54,010 bases of DNA from Candidatus Saccharimonadota bacterium (GTDB taxonomy: Bacteria; Patescibacteriota; Saccharimonadia; Saccharimonadales; Saccharimonadaceae), in assembly GCA_037135295.1 (NCBI GenBank), contig JBAXKN010000001.1, forward strand, positions 1-54,010, given 5' to 3'. Made by a program: the position numbers and the translations under genes. This document shows, piece by piece, positions 1 to 9,215 of the stretch. The notes below the pieces were generated by a model. It saw nothing but the letters and a program-made list of their open reading frames with translations, was not told the DNA's origin and searched no databases. Position 1 is the stretch's first letter, and the number at the start of each line of letters is the position of its first letter.

Positions 1-54
1 AGCGCTTCCTTGCCAAGGAAGAGGTCGAGAGTTAGAGTCTCTTCACCCGCACCA
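1..54 (+). tRNA. tRNA-Gly(GCC), 3' part only (5' part lies left of the window)
   Basis: Anticodon arm CTTCC/TTGCCAA/GGAAG (anticodon GCC). T arm GAGAG/TTAGAGT/CTCTT, acceptor 3' strand CACCCGC, discriminator A, encoded CCA ending at 54. The T loop reads TTA where TTC is near-universal. Confidence 0.75.
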
Positions 55-58
55 ATTT

Positions 59-87
59 AATAATCCCAGCCCTGTGTTGGGGTTATT
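59..87 (+). terminator. 10-bp hairpin directly after tRNA-Gly (weak putative terminator)
   Basis: AATAATCCCA (59-68) pairs with TGGGGTTATT (78-87) with one G-U. No clean T-run follows, so terminator function is uncertain. Confidence 0.35.
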
Positions 88-103
88 AAATTAGTATGGA
101 TAA

Positions 104-197
104 ACTCTAACTCTCGACCGATCCGAAGAAAATAGTCGAGAGATTTGCTCCCGCGCCTACAGGCGCCGGGAGTTCTAGAGTCTCTTCACCCGCACCA
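104..197 (+). repeat. tRNA-Gly-derived fragment: inverted T-arm copy plus displaced tRNA 3' end with an insertion in the T loop
   Basis: 176-197 is a 22/22 direct repeat of 33-54 (TAGAGTCTCTTCACCCGCACCA). 135-142 GTCGAGAG repeats 24-31. In the copy the two pieces are separated by a 33-nt GC-rich hairpin (CTCCCGCGCC..GGCGCCGGGAG) instead of 1 nt. 104-119 is the exact reverse complement of 23-38. Confidence 0.7.
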
Positions 198-268
198 ACA
201 AAGAATCGATCTATTCGGTCGGTTTTTTGATTTTTGATTCATGGTTATACTTGTAATATTTTTTACAA

Positions 269-907
269 ATGATAGAATTACAAAATATGGATAATAATTG
301 TAAGAACATAGAAGATGACGATGATTTCTTAAGGCGTCTATATAGTGAAGCTTATGGTGCTAGTCAGGATGGTGATGAATATGTGGATTACGCTACTGCC
401 ATAGCTAAAGAGAAGCACAGGGAACGTGAAGAAAAACGTCAGAGGCAAATGGCACAGAAAGCGCTTTCTGGAGAAAAACTCACGAAAATTGAACTAAAAA
501 AGATACTTGAATATCCAGACGGAAGGATAATTATCGGCGGTTTCAATATAAGTTTTTATAAGGATACTCACGGCTCTGACCCTAGCCAAACAGAGTGGCA
601 TCTTCATCTAGGAGGTAGATCTCGCAAGCAGAATTTTAATGTTTTACTCTCTGTTAATACAAATGATGATGGTGTTGAAGAGGTATACCTTGAGCCACAT
701 GGTGATAATAAAATAGCTGGAGAAAGTAAGATAAAAGATATTTTCGACTCATGCGATCAATGGTTGTTGATTAGGGACTTTGCAAGGTACACGGTTGAAC
801 AGAGTCCAATAAATGAAAAAAATAGACGCAGACATGGTGAAGGCGCAACGTTAATAGATAATGGACCAGACAAAAAGTTCGATTTCTACAATGGAATGGC
901 AAGTTGA
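269..907 (+). CDS. hypothetical protein (acidic N-terminus, K/E/R-rich segment)
   Basis: 212-aa ATG ORF with no overlapping competitor. No motif recognised. Confidence 0.55.
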   Translation: MIELQNMDNNCKNIEDDDDFLRRLYSEAYGASQDGDEYVDYATAIAKEKHREREEKRQRQMAQKALSGEKLTKIELKKILEYPDGRIIIGGFNISFYKDTHGSDPSQTEWHLHLGGRSRKQNFNVLLSVNTNDDGVEEVYLEPHGDNKIAGESKIKDIFDSCDQWLLIRDFARYTVEQSPINEKNRRRHGEGATLIDNGPDKKFDFYNGMAS

Positions 908-1009
908 TAAGTGGTTATTAGTGTGCAATACGATAGTTATCTGATAATCCGAATATGTCTATCTTTTTAAAAAACCAAGCTTGGTGATTACATCGCGTAT
1001 ACTAATATA

Positions 1010-1486
1010 ATGAACATTGCTGATTACCTATATATTTCAAATATTATTCTTTGTGCAGTATTGGCTGGTTTTATGGTATCCTACTCAATTACTCTTGGGG
1101 CATATTTTACCTATATGTTAAAAAACGGTAAATTAAAACAGCTTCAAGAAACGTATACACCGTTTAGGGAAACAACTCGTGCAAAGATGTGGTATAGCGT
1201 ATGGGTTATTGCGCAAACAGTAGTTGCACTCTTATCACTCATATTTAATGCACAGAATCATTTCTTGATTGCTCAAATATACGCAGTTGCTGTTTTTCCG
1301 TTATATATGATTTTTCATCAAATCATCGGATTTGGTAAAGTTGAAGAAAAAGTAAACAGCGGGAATAAGAACATTTCAAATATAGAGGTTAAGCTACACT
1401 CTCGTTATAATCTTACATTACATCGAATATACGCCGTACTTTACCTAATTGCAGCGATTTGGCTTATTTTTGATATAGTAAAATAA
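1010..1486 (+). CDS. hypothetical membrane protein (about 4 TM helices)
   Basis: 158-aa ORF with four hydrophobic stretches. Its stop abuts the start of the next gene (TAATG at 1483-1488). Confidence 0.6.
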   Translation: MNIADYLYISNIILCAVLAGFMVSYSITLGAYFTYMLKNGKLKQLQETYTPFRETTRAKMWYSVWVIAQTVVALLSLIFNAQNHFLIAQIYAVAVFPLYMIFHQIIGFGKVEEKVNSGNKNISNIEVKLHSRYNLTLHRIYAVLYLIAAIWLIFDIVK

Positions 1487-1950
1487 TGAAGAAGATTCGA
1501 GCTGTAAGTATAACTATTCGGAATGACGAGATACTATTGATGCATCGAATAAAGGATGGATTTGATTATTACACTTTTCCTGGTGGTGGCGTTGAGGTGG
1601 GCGAAACAGTGGAAAAAGCAGTGGTTAGAGAGTTGATAGAAGAGGCAACCATGAAGGTGAAGGTTGGAAAGTTACTTTATCACCATATTTATGACAATAA
1701 CTCCGAGCAATTTTTTTATTTATGTAAACATGTTAGTGGAGAGCCTAAACTCGGCAATTATAATGAAGCACAAAACATGGCTGCAGGTAATAATTTTTAT
1801 GAGCCTGTTTGGTATAAAATTTCAGAAATAAATAAATTAACCTTATTTCCAATAGAAATAAGGGATTGGCTAATCGAAGACCATATTTCTAAATTCGTTA
1901 ACACACCCCGTAATGCTACGATACCTGTGTCTGAACTAAGAAAAGAATAA
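1486..1950 (+). CDS. Nudix hydrolase
   Basis: Nudix box GGGVEVGETVEKAVVRELIEEATM fits G-x5-E-x7-REUxEExGU. Confidence 0.85.
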   Translation: MKKIRAVSITIRNDEILLMHRIKDGFDYYTFPGGGVEVGETVEKAVVRELIEEATMKVKVGKLLYHHIYDNNSEQFFYLCKHVSGEPKLGNYNEAQNMAAGNNFYEPVWYKISEINKLTLFPIEIRDWLIEDHISKFVNTPRNATIPVSELRKE

Positions 1951-2031
1951 AACTAATATCTCGAATTGAAAAAAAGATAACATTACTGTTATAATAATGT
2001 TAAATAATACAGTTTATTTTTAGGGGTATTT

Positions 2032-2448
2032 ATGGAAAATGAGCATAGAAAAGGGAAGAAGAAATCATATCATAAAGTAGTCTTGTTAATCATTGTATCA
2101 TTAGTTGTAATATTCTGTGTTGCAGGTATGATATTTTTCTATAATAAGTATCAAGATTTAAAAAATAATCCAGAACTAGTAGCTAAACAGCAGAATGAAT
2201 TGGTAGTTAACGAAATTGGTCAGTTGATGGTACTACCGAATGGCGAAGAACCCACTGTAGCAACTGTAACTGATAGTACTAAGCTATCTAGTCAAACTTT
2301 CTTTAAAGACTCAAAAAATGGAGACAAGGTTGTAGCTTATACAGTTGCCAAGAAAGTAATACTATACCGTCCATCAGTAAAAAAGATAATTAATATTGCG
2401 CCTTTCACGATAGATACAGGCAGCATAGAAGATTCGCAAAACAAATGA
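2032..2448 (+). CDS. hypothetical membrane-anchored protein
   Basis: 138-aa ORF: basic N-terminus, single TM helix (VVLLIIVSLVVIFCVAGMIFF), then a soluble domain. Confidence 0.6.
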   Translation: MENEHRKGKKKSYHKVVLLIIVSLVVIFCVAGMIFFYNKYQDLKNNPELVAKQQNELVVNEIGQLMVLPNGEEPTVATVTDSTKLSSQTFFKDSKNGDKVVAYTVAKKVILYRPSVKKIINIAPFTIDTGSIEDSQNK

Positions 2449-2463
2449 TAGGGGTAGTAAAAG

Positions 2464-4839
2464 GTGGCTATAAGTAGAAGAACATTTCTAATATCTACCG
2501 TAATAGTGGTTATTATAGTTTTTTCTAGTGCCTGGCTTATTAATGACGGTTTAAAGTCAAATTCCAGCAATTCAGTTTCAAATATTTTCACTGATGCTTA
2601 TTGTGGCGTATTTTCTAATGTTAATGATGATTGTATCGAAGGAATTCCAACCAAAGAGAGTAACACTATTATTGACAGTTCGCTAGATACTTCATCAATA
2701 GCACTGTCTAATTCATTAGGTGGAATAATTTCAATTGATGTTGGCGGTGGAGATGGTATTGTTGGACCTCAGGGTCCAATAGGATTAACTGGCCTAGAAG
2801 GTGATCAAGGTGCTTCAGGATCTCAAGGATTATCGGGTCAAACTGGCATTCAGGGACCTATAGGGTTAACTGGGTTGCAGGGTTCTCAAGGTTTACAGGG
2901 CGAAAAGGGGGATACAGGTTCACAAGGTGCTGATGGTATTAAGGGTGACACAGGCGCTCAAGGTATTCAAGGATTGCAGGGTTTACAAGGTATTCAGGGA
3001 GAAAAGGGTACTCAGGGTATTCAAGGACCGATTGGTTTAACAGGAGATCAAGGTATTCAGGGAGAAAAGGGTGATACAGGTTCACAGGGTACTCAGGGTA
3101 TTCAAGGACCTATTGGATTAACCGGTTCACAGGGCTTGCAAGGTGCACAGGGTGGACAAGGTAATCAAGGTATTCAGGGTATAGCTGGTGTGAATGGTCA
3201 AAGTATAGGCCAGTTATTTTGGTTTCGTGATGTAGATTCAGATATTACTGGTTATGAAAGTTTTTTGCGAGCACCAAGCGCAGGGAATGAAATAGAGGAA
3301 TCTACTGTCGCCCTAGTTTCAGATCAAGAGTATTTAATTGATTCATACGCAAGTGAATCTGGTGTGCCTGGTATTAGCAAGTTACCAGTCGGATTGTGGG
3401 AGTTTCATACTTATACTCATGTAACTGGTGGCACTGGCAACGTAATATACAGGATATATAAGAGAGATATTAGTGGAAACGAGACAGAGCTATTTAATAT
3501 CACGAGTGCTGACATAATAAATACATCTATTGACACAGAGGTGGTAACTAATTACACATACTCTGGATCAGCAGCCATGGAATCAACAGACAGAATAGTT
3601 GTTAAGATATTTGCGAAAAATAAAACCGCTGGTCAGTCTTCTGATTTTGTACATGATGGTACATCCCATGTTTCATATGTGATTACATCGTTAGGTGTTT
3701 CTGGAATAGTTGGTGCTCAAGGTATTCAGGGAATTCAGGGTACACAGGGTATTCAGGGATTGCAGGGCGTTCAAGGTATCCAAGGAGAAAAGGGGTTACA
3801 GGGTATTCAAGGACCTATTGGTTTAACGGGAGACCAAGGTATACAGGGAGAAAAGGGTGATACAGGTTCACAGGGCGCTCAGGGTATTCAAGGACCTATT
3901 GGATTAACTGGCTCACAAGGGTCGCAAGGCATACAGGGTGTTCAAGGTATTAAAGGTGACACAGGTTCACAAGGTATACAGGGAGAAAAGGGTGATACAG
4001 GTTCACAGGGCGCTCAGGGTATTCAAGGACCTATTGGATTAACTGGCTCACAGGGACTGCAAGGTATACAAGGAATCCAGGGTGTACAAGGTCTCCAAGG
4101 TGAGACTGGCTTATCCGTCGCTGGAAATGGGATTTCAATTGCAGGTAGTACTATCTCTGCAAAATTAAATGGAACATCAATATTAAACGGCGCAAGTGGT
4201 TTATCTATTAATTTGTCCAATGTTAACACATGGGCTGGGTTGCAGACATTCAACGGTGCGAAATTTGGTTCTGATGGCGTTAATTTTTCTCAATTCGAAA
4301 CTGATGGTACATTGGTTTTTGACGGCAATGCAACAGTATGGGATGATTTACGATTTCCTGCAACTGCCATAAATCCTGCAGGAGCAGCTATAGCGATGAC
4401 TTTCGATCCAGACCAAATAGGATTTATTTCAGCTGCAACAGGTACGCAGTCAATTGCTATAATCGGACAGATGCCGCATTCATGGAAAGTCGGATCTGAT
4501 ATCTATCCTCATATACACTGGAATCCAACAACTACCAATACTGGTAGTGTGCTATGGAGAATGGAATATAAGTGGACAAATATTAATGATACTGAACCGG
4601 CGGGTTTTACAACTGTTGATGTATTAGATCCGGGTGATGGAATTGCACTCAAGCACCAACTTATCGGATTCGGAGCAATATCGGGTGCAGGAAAAACATT
4701 ATCTAGTGGATTGACTATAAGAATATCAAGGATTGGTGGTGATGTAACAGATACATATACAGGCAATTCCTTGCTAAAAGAATTTGATATCCATTATGAA
4801 ATAGATACCTTAGGTTCCCGAACGGAGTCAGCAAAATGA
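2464..4839 (+). CDS. membrane-anchored collagen-like repeat protein with globular middle and C-terminal (tail-fiber-like) domains
   Basis: N-terminal TM helix. Two uninterrupted Gly-X-Y tracts (I count 50 and 46 triplets, Gln-rich, Pro-poor). They are separated by about 170 aa of non-repeat sequence and followed by a C-terminal domain of about 240 aa. The stop overlaps the next start (ATGA at 4836-4839). Confidence 0.9.
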   Translation: MAISRRTFLISTVIVVIIVFSSAWLINDGLKSNSSNSVSNIFTDAYCGVFSNVNDDCIEGIPTKESNTIIDSSLDTSSIALSNSLGGIISIDVGGGDGIVGPQGPIGLTGLEGDQGASGSQGLSGQTGIQGPIGLTGLQGSQGLQGEKGDTGSQGADGIKGDTGAQGIQGLQGLQGIQGEKGTQGIQGPIGLTGDQGIQGEKGDTGSQGTQGIQGPIGLTGSQGLQGAQGGQGNQGIQGIAGVNGQSIGQLFWFRDVDSDITGYESFLRAPSAGNEIEESTVALVSDQEYLIDSYASESGVPGISKLPVGLWEFHTYTHVTGGTGNVIYRIYKRDISGNETELFNITSADIINTSIDTEVVTNYTYSGSAAMESTDRIVVKIFAKNKTAGQSSDFVHDGTSHVSYVITSLGVSGIVGAQGIQGIQGTQGIQGLQGVQGIQGEKGLQGIQGPIGLTGDQGIQGEKGDTGSQGAQGIQGPIGLTGSQGSQGIQGVQGIKGDTGSQGIQGEKGDTGSQGAQGIQGPIGLTGSQGLQGIQGIQGVQGLQGETGLSVAGNGISIAGSTISAKLNGTSILNGASGLSINLSNVNTWAGLQTFNGAKFGSDGVNFSQFETDGTLVFDGNATVWDDLRFPATAINPAGAAIAMTFDPDQIGFISAATGTQSIAIIGQMPHSWKVGSDIYPHIHWNPTTTNTGSVLWRMEYKWTNINDTEPAGFTTVDVLDPGDGIALKHQLIGFGAISGAGKTLSSGLTIRISRIGGDVTDTYTGNSLLKEFDIHYEIDTLGSRTESAK
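2745..3200 (+). repeat. collagen-like Gly-X-Y tract 1 (coding)
   Basis: Runs from GIVGPQGPIGLTG to GIAGVNGQS. Contains recurring near-identical nucleotide blocks such as CAGGGTATTCAAGGACC-ATTGG-TTAAC. Confidence 0.9.
3703..4110 (+). repeat. collagen-like Gly-X-Y tract 2 (coding)
   Basis: Runs from GIVGAQGIQGIQG to GLQGETGLS. Shares long near-identical nucleotide blocks with tract 1 (for example around 3090-3125, 3880-3915 and 4015-4050). Confidence 0.9.
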
Positions 4840-6512
4840 TTAGTAAATCAAAACAATCTGCATTCACTATTGTCGAGCTTTTAGTGGTTATAGTGGTAAT
4901 TGGAATATTAGCAGCTATTACAATAATTTCATATACAGGTATTAGTCGAAAAGCCACAGAAGCATCATTACAATCAGACTTATCTGGCGCTTCAAGACAA
5001 TTAGAGATGTTTAAAGTAGACAACGGTTCATACCCTACCGCCCCATTGGGAGCAGGTAACTGTACAAATGATCCAAAATACTGTTTAAAACCAAGTTCTG
5101 GCAATACGTTTGACTATGCCGCAACTGGCTTAACTCCCCAGACATACAGCCTGACTGCCACAAATACTAGTAGCGGTATTAGCTATATAGTGACTGAGAG
5201 TACTAAACCTACATTGGCAGTTTCGGCTATAAATCCATTCGTAAAGGTTTACGGAGGGTCAGGTAGTGATTATGCTAGATCTTTAATTAAGACTAGTGAT
5301 GGTGGATTCGCCACTGTTGGAACCACAGACAGCTATGGCGAAGGAATGACCGATGCATTTATTGTAAAGTATAGTTCAAATGGAACAATATCTTGGAATA
5401 AAACATGGGGTGGTTCTTCGTCGGAAGCTGGTGATTCTATAGTACAAACTAGTGATGGTGGATTCGCTATTACTGGTAATACAGCTAGTTTTGGTGTTAA
5501 CGGTAGTCCTGATGTGTTTGTTGCAAAATATAGCGCTGACGGCTCATTATTGTGGGACACAACATGGGGTGATGCTAGCAGTGATTATGGCTATTCAATC
5601 ATTCAAACTAGTGATGGTGGTTTAGCTGTTACTGGGTATTTAACGAATGTAGATGGTCGTGAAGACGCAATTTTACTTAAATACACTTCTGGCGGTACAT
5701 ATTCATGGAGTAAAGCTACTAATGTCTGTGGTATATATGATCCCGATTATGGCAGGGCAATTATCCAAACTAGCGACGGCGGTTATTTAACTGTAGGTAA
5801 AGGTAGCAGGGCAAACGACGGTTTTAACGCTACAAGTAACGCTATTATAAAATACACTACTGATGGCACGGTGTCATGGTTAAAAACATGGAGCTATAAC
5901 GGATATAATAATATCGAGTCAGTTTTTCAAACTAGTGACGGTGGGTATATTGCCACAGGTTCAACGTCTAGCTATTCAAATGGGCTCAGTGTAATAAAGT
6001 TTAACTCTACTGGTGATTTGTTGTGGAATAGAGTATGGAGTGGAGGCAATACAAATTCTGATGGTGGTTATTCCATAATACAGACTAGTGATGGTGGTTT
6101 TGCAATTTCTGGATCAACCGAAATGTATGGCGCAGGTAATTTCGATGTTTTGCTTGCAAAATACAGCTCGGATGGAACTTTGGCATGGAGTAAAACTTGG
6201 GGAGGTTCTGGCTATGACTCAGGCGATTCATTAGTTCAAACTAGTGATGGTGGTTTTGTTATTACTGGCGTTACTGATAGCTATGGAACTGGAGGACAAG
6301 ACATGTTCTTGATAAAATTCAACTCCAGTGGTTCAATAGTCGGTTGTTCTTCACCTATTTGTCAAAGCCCATCAGCCAGTACTTTTAGCCCTGCAATGAC
6401 AATTCTTACACCATGGGCCCCATCGTTTACAAGTCCTTCGTTGCAAATTGGAAATCCATTAGCTATTTCAACAAGCCAACCGATTACTTCCACAGTTATC
6501 ATCGCTCCATAG
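4836..6512 (+). CDS. type IV pilin-like protein (prepilin N-terminal methylation motif) fused to a seven-repeat beta-propeller-like domain
   Basis: N-terminus KQSA/FTIVELLVVIVVIGILAAI is a class III signal/N-methylation motif. There are seven repeats of about 48 aa centred on TSDGG[FYL], resembling SBBP-type propeller repeats. Confidence 0.85.
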   Translation: MISKSKQSAFTIVELLVVIVVIGILAAITIISYTGISRKATEASLQSDLSGASRQLEMFKVDNGSYPTAPLGAGNCTNDPKYCLKPSSGNTFDYAATGLTPQTYSLTATNTSSGISYIVTESTKPTLAVSAINPFVKVYGGSGSDYARSLIKTSDGGFATVGTTDSYGEGMTDAFIVKYSSNGTISWNKTWGGSSSEAGDSIVQTSDGGFAITGNTASFGVNGSPDVFVAKYSADGSLLWDTTWGDASSDYGYSIIQTSDGGLAVTGYLTNVDGREDAILLKYTSGGTYSWSKATNVCGIYDPDYGRAIIQTSDGGYLTVGKGSRANDGFNATSNAIIKYTTDGTVSWLKTWSYNGYNNIESVFQTSDGGYIATGSTSSYSNGLSVIKFNSTGDLLWNRVWSGGNTNSDGGYSIIQTSDGGFAISGSTEMYGAGNFDVLLAKYSSDGTLAWSKTWGGSGYDSGDSLVQTSDGGFVITGVTDSYGTGGQDMFLIKFNSSGSIVGCSSPICQSPSASTFSPAMTILTPWAPSFTSPSLQIGNPLAISTSQPITSTVIIAP

Positions 6513-6600
6513 TTCGTGTGGTGTAAATTTGTAACAAACAAGTAAATAAAATTGACATAACCTTTATTTATGGGGTATTATATTATTAAAGGTTAGGGTC

Positions 6601-7014
6601 ATGGAAAACAAACAAAAAATATCCGAAGAACTAACAATTTATAATCTTGACGATTTGCCAGAACAAACCGATTATCCTGCAAGAGCAGTTTGTGAATTAA
6701 TCAAACCAGCGCTTAGAAGTATTATTGAAGACCGTCGAAGGTTAAATGATGTATATCTTGGTATTGGCGAAATCGTAAAAGATGTCGAAGTACATGGCGA
6801 TGATTCTGACCCAAGGTTGGTTATAGTTAGAAGAGAACTTGGGGGGGTCGCAATCGATACCGTAAATACAATAAAAGAACATACTGAACACAATGGATTA
6901 GGGAAAATTATTCTTGAAAGAGTTTTTGGAAAGAGCTATTCGTCAACAATCGAGGATGGTGTTTATCGCGGGCATTTATATATCAATAGGGATATTACAC
7001 TTCAAACTGAATAG
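6601..7014 (+). CDS. hypothetical protein
   Basis: 137-aa ATG ORF. No motif recognised. Confidence 0.55.
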   Translation: MENKQKISEELTIYNLDDLPEQTDYPARAVCELIKPALRSIIEDRRRLNDVYLGIGEIVKDVEVHGDDSDPRLVIVRRELGGVAIDTVNTIKEHTEHNGLGKIILERVFGKSYSSTIEDGVYRGHLYINRDITLQTE

Positions 7015-7056
7015 TAAAATGTAATATCATTTAATCAATTCTGTTATTATTGAAAT

Positions 7057-7656
7057 ATGAAGAGACAAGTATTAATAATCCATGGTGGAACAACATTTTC
7101 TAATTATGAAAAATATATTGATTATCTAAAAAATAAAATTGCGGATATTGATAAACTACAATATAGAATAGACTGGAAAGATTCAATCTCAGAAGATTTA
7201 GGTAATAAATATCAAGTCTTAGTCCCTAGAATGCCAAATAGCACAAACTCAAGATACGAGGAATGGAAAACTTGGTTCGAAAAGATTATTCCTTTATGTA
7301 AAAATGGTGTGATTCTTGTTGGTCATTCACTTGGAGGAATATTCCTAGCAAAATACCTGTCAAAAAATAATTTTCCTAAAAAAATTAAAGCGGTTTATTT
7401 GATCGCTGCTCCGTACGAAGATTTGGAGTTTGAGGAATTAGCTGATTTTTCACTTCCTAATTCACTTTCAAAATTCAATAATCAAGTTGATAATATTTTC
7501 TTAATACAAAGCAAAGATGACATAGTTGTGCCAGTGGATCATGTGTATATGTATAATAATGAACTATCAAATTCGAATGTTGTATTATTTGAAGGAAAAG
7601 CTCATTTCAAACAAGAACACTTTCCAGAATTAGTTAAATTAATCAAAAGTCTGTAG
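7057..7656 (+). CDS. alpha/beta serine hydrolase, YdeN/RBBP9-like
   Basis: About 200 aa. Starts LIIHGG and has the nucleophile elbow VGHSLGG. Late Asp and His candidates (DDIVVP, AHF). Confidence 0.6.
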   Translation: MKRQVLIIHGGTTFSNYEKYIDYLKNKIADIDKLQYRIDWKDSISEDLGNKYQVLVPRMPNSTNSRYEEWKTWFEKIIPLCKNGVILVGHSLGGIFLAKYLSKNNFPKKIKAVYLIAAPYEDLEFEELADFSLPNSLSKFNNQVDNIFLIQSKDDIVVPVDHVYMYNNELSNSNVVLFEGKAHFKQEHFPELVKLIKSL

Positions 7657-7683
7657 TGCTATTATTTCGAAGTATACTAAAAT

Positions 7684-8271
7684 ATGTTCTATAATAAAAA
7701 TATGACAGTTTTTGAAGGATACAAACAAAAGAAAAGTGTTATTGTTGTATATACAGGTGAGGGTAAAGGAAAAACAAGTGCTGGTCTGGGTTTAATGGTT
7801 CGTGCGTTGGGAACTGGTTGGAAGGTAGCATTTATCCAATTCATTAAGTCTTGGGATGTGGGTGAACATAAATTCATAAACGAAATCATGCCAATATATA
7901 AAGATAAACTTTCCTTTGACAAAGGGGGACTAGGTTTTTATAAGGCTGGTGAGTTAAGTTCCGATGCTTCGGAACAAGAACATAAATCTGAAGCCAGACG
8001 TACTTATGATTTTGCGTATGAATCTGCAACCTCTGGTGAATACGAATTAGTCATATGTGATGAAATAAACAACTCTGTTTATGATGGTTTACTATCAATT
8101 AAAGATCTAGAAAATTTGATTAGTAATAAACACCCAAAAACAAATCTATGTCTTACTGGTCGTAATTTTCCAATATCATTAATTGACAAGGTCGACATTG
8201 TCACTCAGATGACAAAATTAAAACATCATTTTGATGATAAAATATTAGCGAATGAAGGAATTGACTACTAG
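7684..8271 (+). CDS. cobO: cob(I)alamin (corrinoid) adenosyltransferase, CobA/CobO/BtuR family
   Basis: P-loop region VYTGEGKGKTSAGLGLMVRALGTGWKVAFIQFIK and a later CDEIN segment are typical of the family. The start may be the internal ATG (MTVFEG). Confidence 0.8.
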   Translation: MFYNKNMTVFEGYKQKKSVIVVYTGEGKGKTSAGLGLMVRALGTGWKVAFIQFIKSWDVGEHKFINEIMPIYKDKLSFDKGGLGFYKAGELSSDASEQEHKSEARRTYDFAYESATSGEYELVICDEINNSVYDGLLSIKDLENLISNKHPKTNLCLTGRNFPISLIDKVDIVTQMTKLKHHFDDKILANEGIDY

Positions 8272-8811
8272 TTTTCTTACAATAGCTCGATTTTTTACTA
8301 GCTGAAATGCTGTTAACGCCGCAGGTACTAAAATCAAGTTTCCGATTAGCATAGTTCTATAAAATGGTACAGCCATTACGAAACAGTCAATCAGACCTGT
8401 GATAGTTGCTGGATACCAACCCTGCAACCATACCCCAAAGTTCGTAATTACAAAGAATGTGAATGAACTAACAACTGCAAATCCGAAAGAGTACAAAATT
8501 TGTGATTTTGGTTTTTTATTAAATCTTCGTAGAAAAGTTGCACCTAAGCCAATAATTGCGAATGCCCCCCAGGTGAACATGAATATTGATGAGTTTCCGA
8601 TAAGAACATCAGAAATCACCATCGATGTTACTGGAACTATCAAGGCTGCTCGCCATCCTACTGAAATCGCAGCTATCACACTAACGGCCGTTATAATTTC
8701 AAGGTTGGGGGCAACCTGATATTTATTATTAATGATTCTCCATCCAACTGCTAAAACCACCAAGCATATTGTTAACGAGATATTTTTTATCATCATATTT
8801 TTTTTAGTCAT
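8245..8811 (-). CDS. polytopic membrane protein, DUF6580-like (putative vitamin/corrinoid uptake component)
   Basis: 5-6 TM helices. The motif pattern PNLEIITAVSV ... TNFGVWL..WYP.T..GL..CF..A.PFYR resembles my recollection of the DUF6580 family. The functional call is inference from context. Confidence 0.5.
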   Translation of the reverse strand: MTKKNMMIKNISLTICLVVLAVGWRIINNKYQVAPNLEIITAVSVIAAISVGWRAALIVPVTSMVISDVLIGNSSIFMFTWGAFAIIGLGATFLRRFNKKPKSQILYSFGFAVVSSFTFFVITNFGVWLQGWYPATITGLIDCFVMAVPFYRTMLIGNLILVPAALTAFQLVKNRAIVRKLVVNSFIR

Positions 8812-8821
8812 AATTTATCCT

Positions 8822-9190
8822 TTAAAAAGTATCTATTTTCCAAGTAATTGTTTCAGAACCTTTTGTTATATAAGTACCAGCACCCTCATTAGCTGGCTTG
8901 CCGTCAACATTAAATGACCAGAACTCTTTCTTTGCTGAATCGGCTGATACGCCATTTATACTATTAACCATACCCTCTGGACTAGCGTCTACTTTAGCGT
9001 TTTGTTTCAAAAGTTCAAGTGCGTTGACACCATCTTTACCTTTATATGATATTTCTTTTGCCTCAGTTTTTACTATGTTATCTGTTTTACTCTGTTTATT
9101 TTCATTAGACTTAAAGTAATATGCAGTTGCCGAAATACCACTTATTAATACTAGAGCCCCAATGATATATAAAATTATTCGTTTTTTCAT
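8822..9190 (-). CDS. secreted/lipid-anchored DUF4430-like protein (transcobalamin-like beta-domain family)
   Basis: Signal/TM N-terminus. The C-terminal pattern FWSFNVDGKPANEGAGTYITKGSETITWKI matches the W.[FY].VNG...G...Y.L..GD.I.W signature of DUF4430. Confidence 0.65.
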   Translation of the reverse strand: MKKRIILYIIGALVLISGISATAYYFKSNENKQSKTDNIVKTEAKEISYKGKDGVNALELLKQNAKVDASPEGMVNSINGVSADSAKKEFWSFNVDGKPANEGAGTYITKGSETITWKIDTF

Positions 9191-9215
9191 ATTGTTCCTT
9201 CAATATTATTAATTA

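Noticed and set aside
2745-4110. Repetitive nucleotide blocks considered as a possible CRISPR array or non-coding tandem repeat
   Set aside because: The repeats have a 9-nt (Gly-X-Y) substructure, are in frame within one long ORF, and lack unique spacers of constant length.
4023-5560. Antisense ORFs inside the collagen-like and pilin-like genes (4023..4253, 4509..4766, 4715..5104, 5333..5560). The same kind occur inside ligA, nrdJ, the MurF-like gene and the dikinase gene.
   Set aside because: They lie fully within longer, motif-supported genes on the opposite strand. GGN-rich repeats in particular give open antisense frames by chance.
2464-7014. Prophage interpretation of the collagen-like, tail-fiber-like gene and of the holin-family gene at 21896
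   Set aside because: There is no integrase, terminase, portal, capsid or tail gene anywhere nearby. The neighbours are pilin-like and housekeeping genes. The holin-family hit is an isolated small membrane protein of a family that is also common outside phages.
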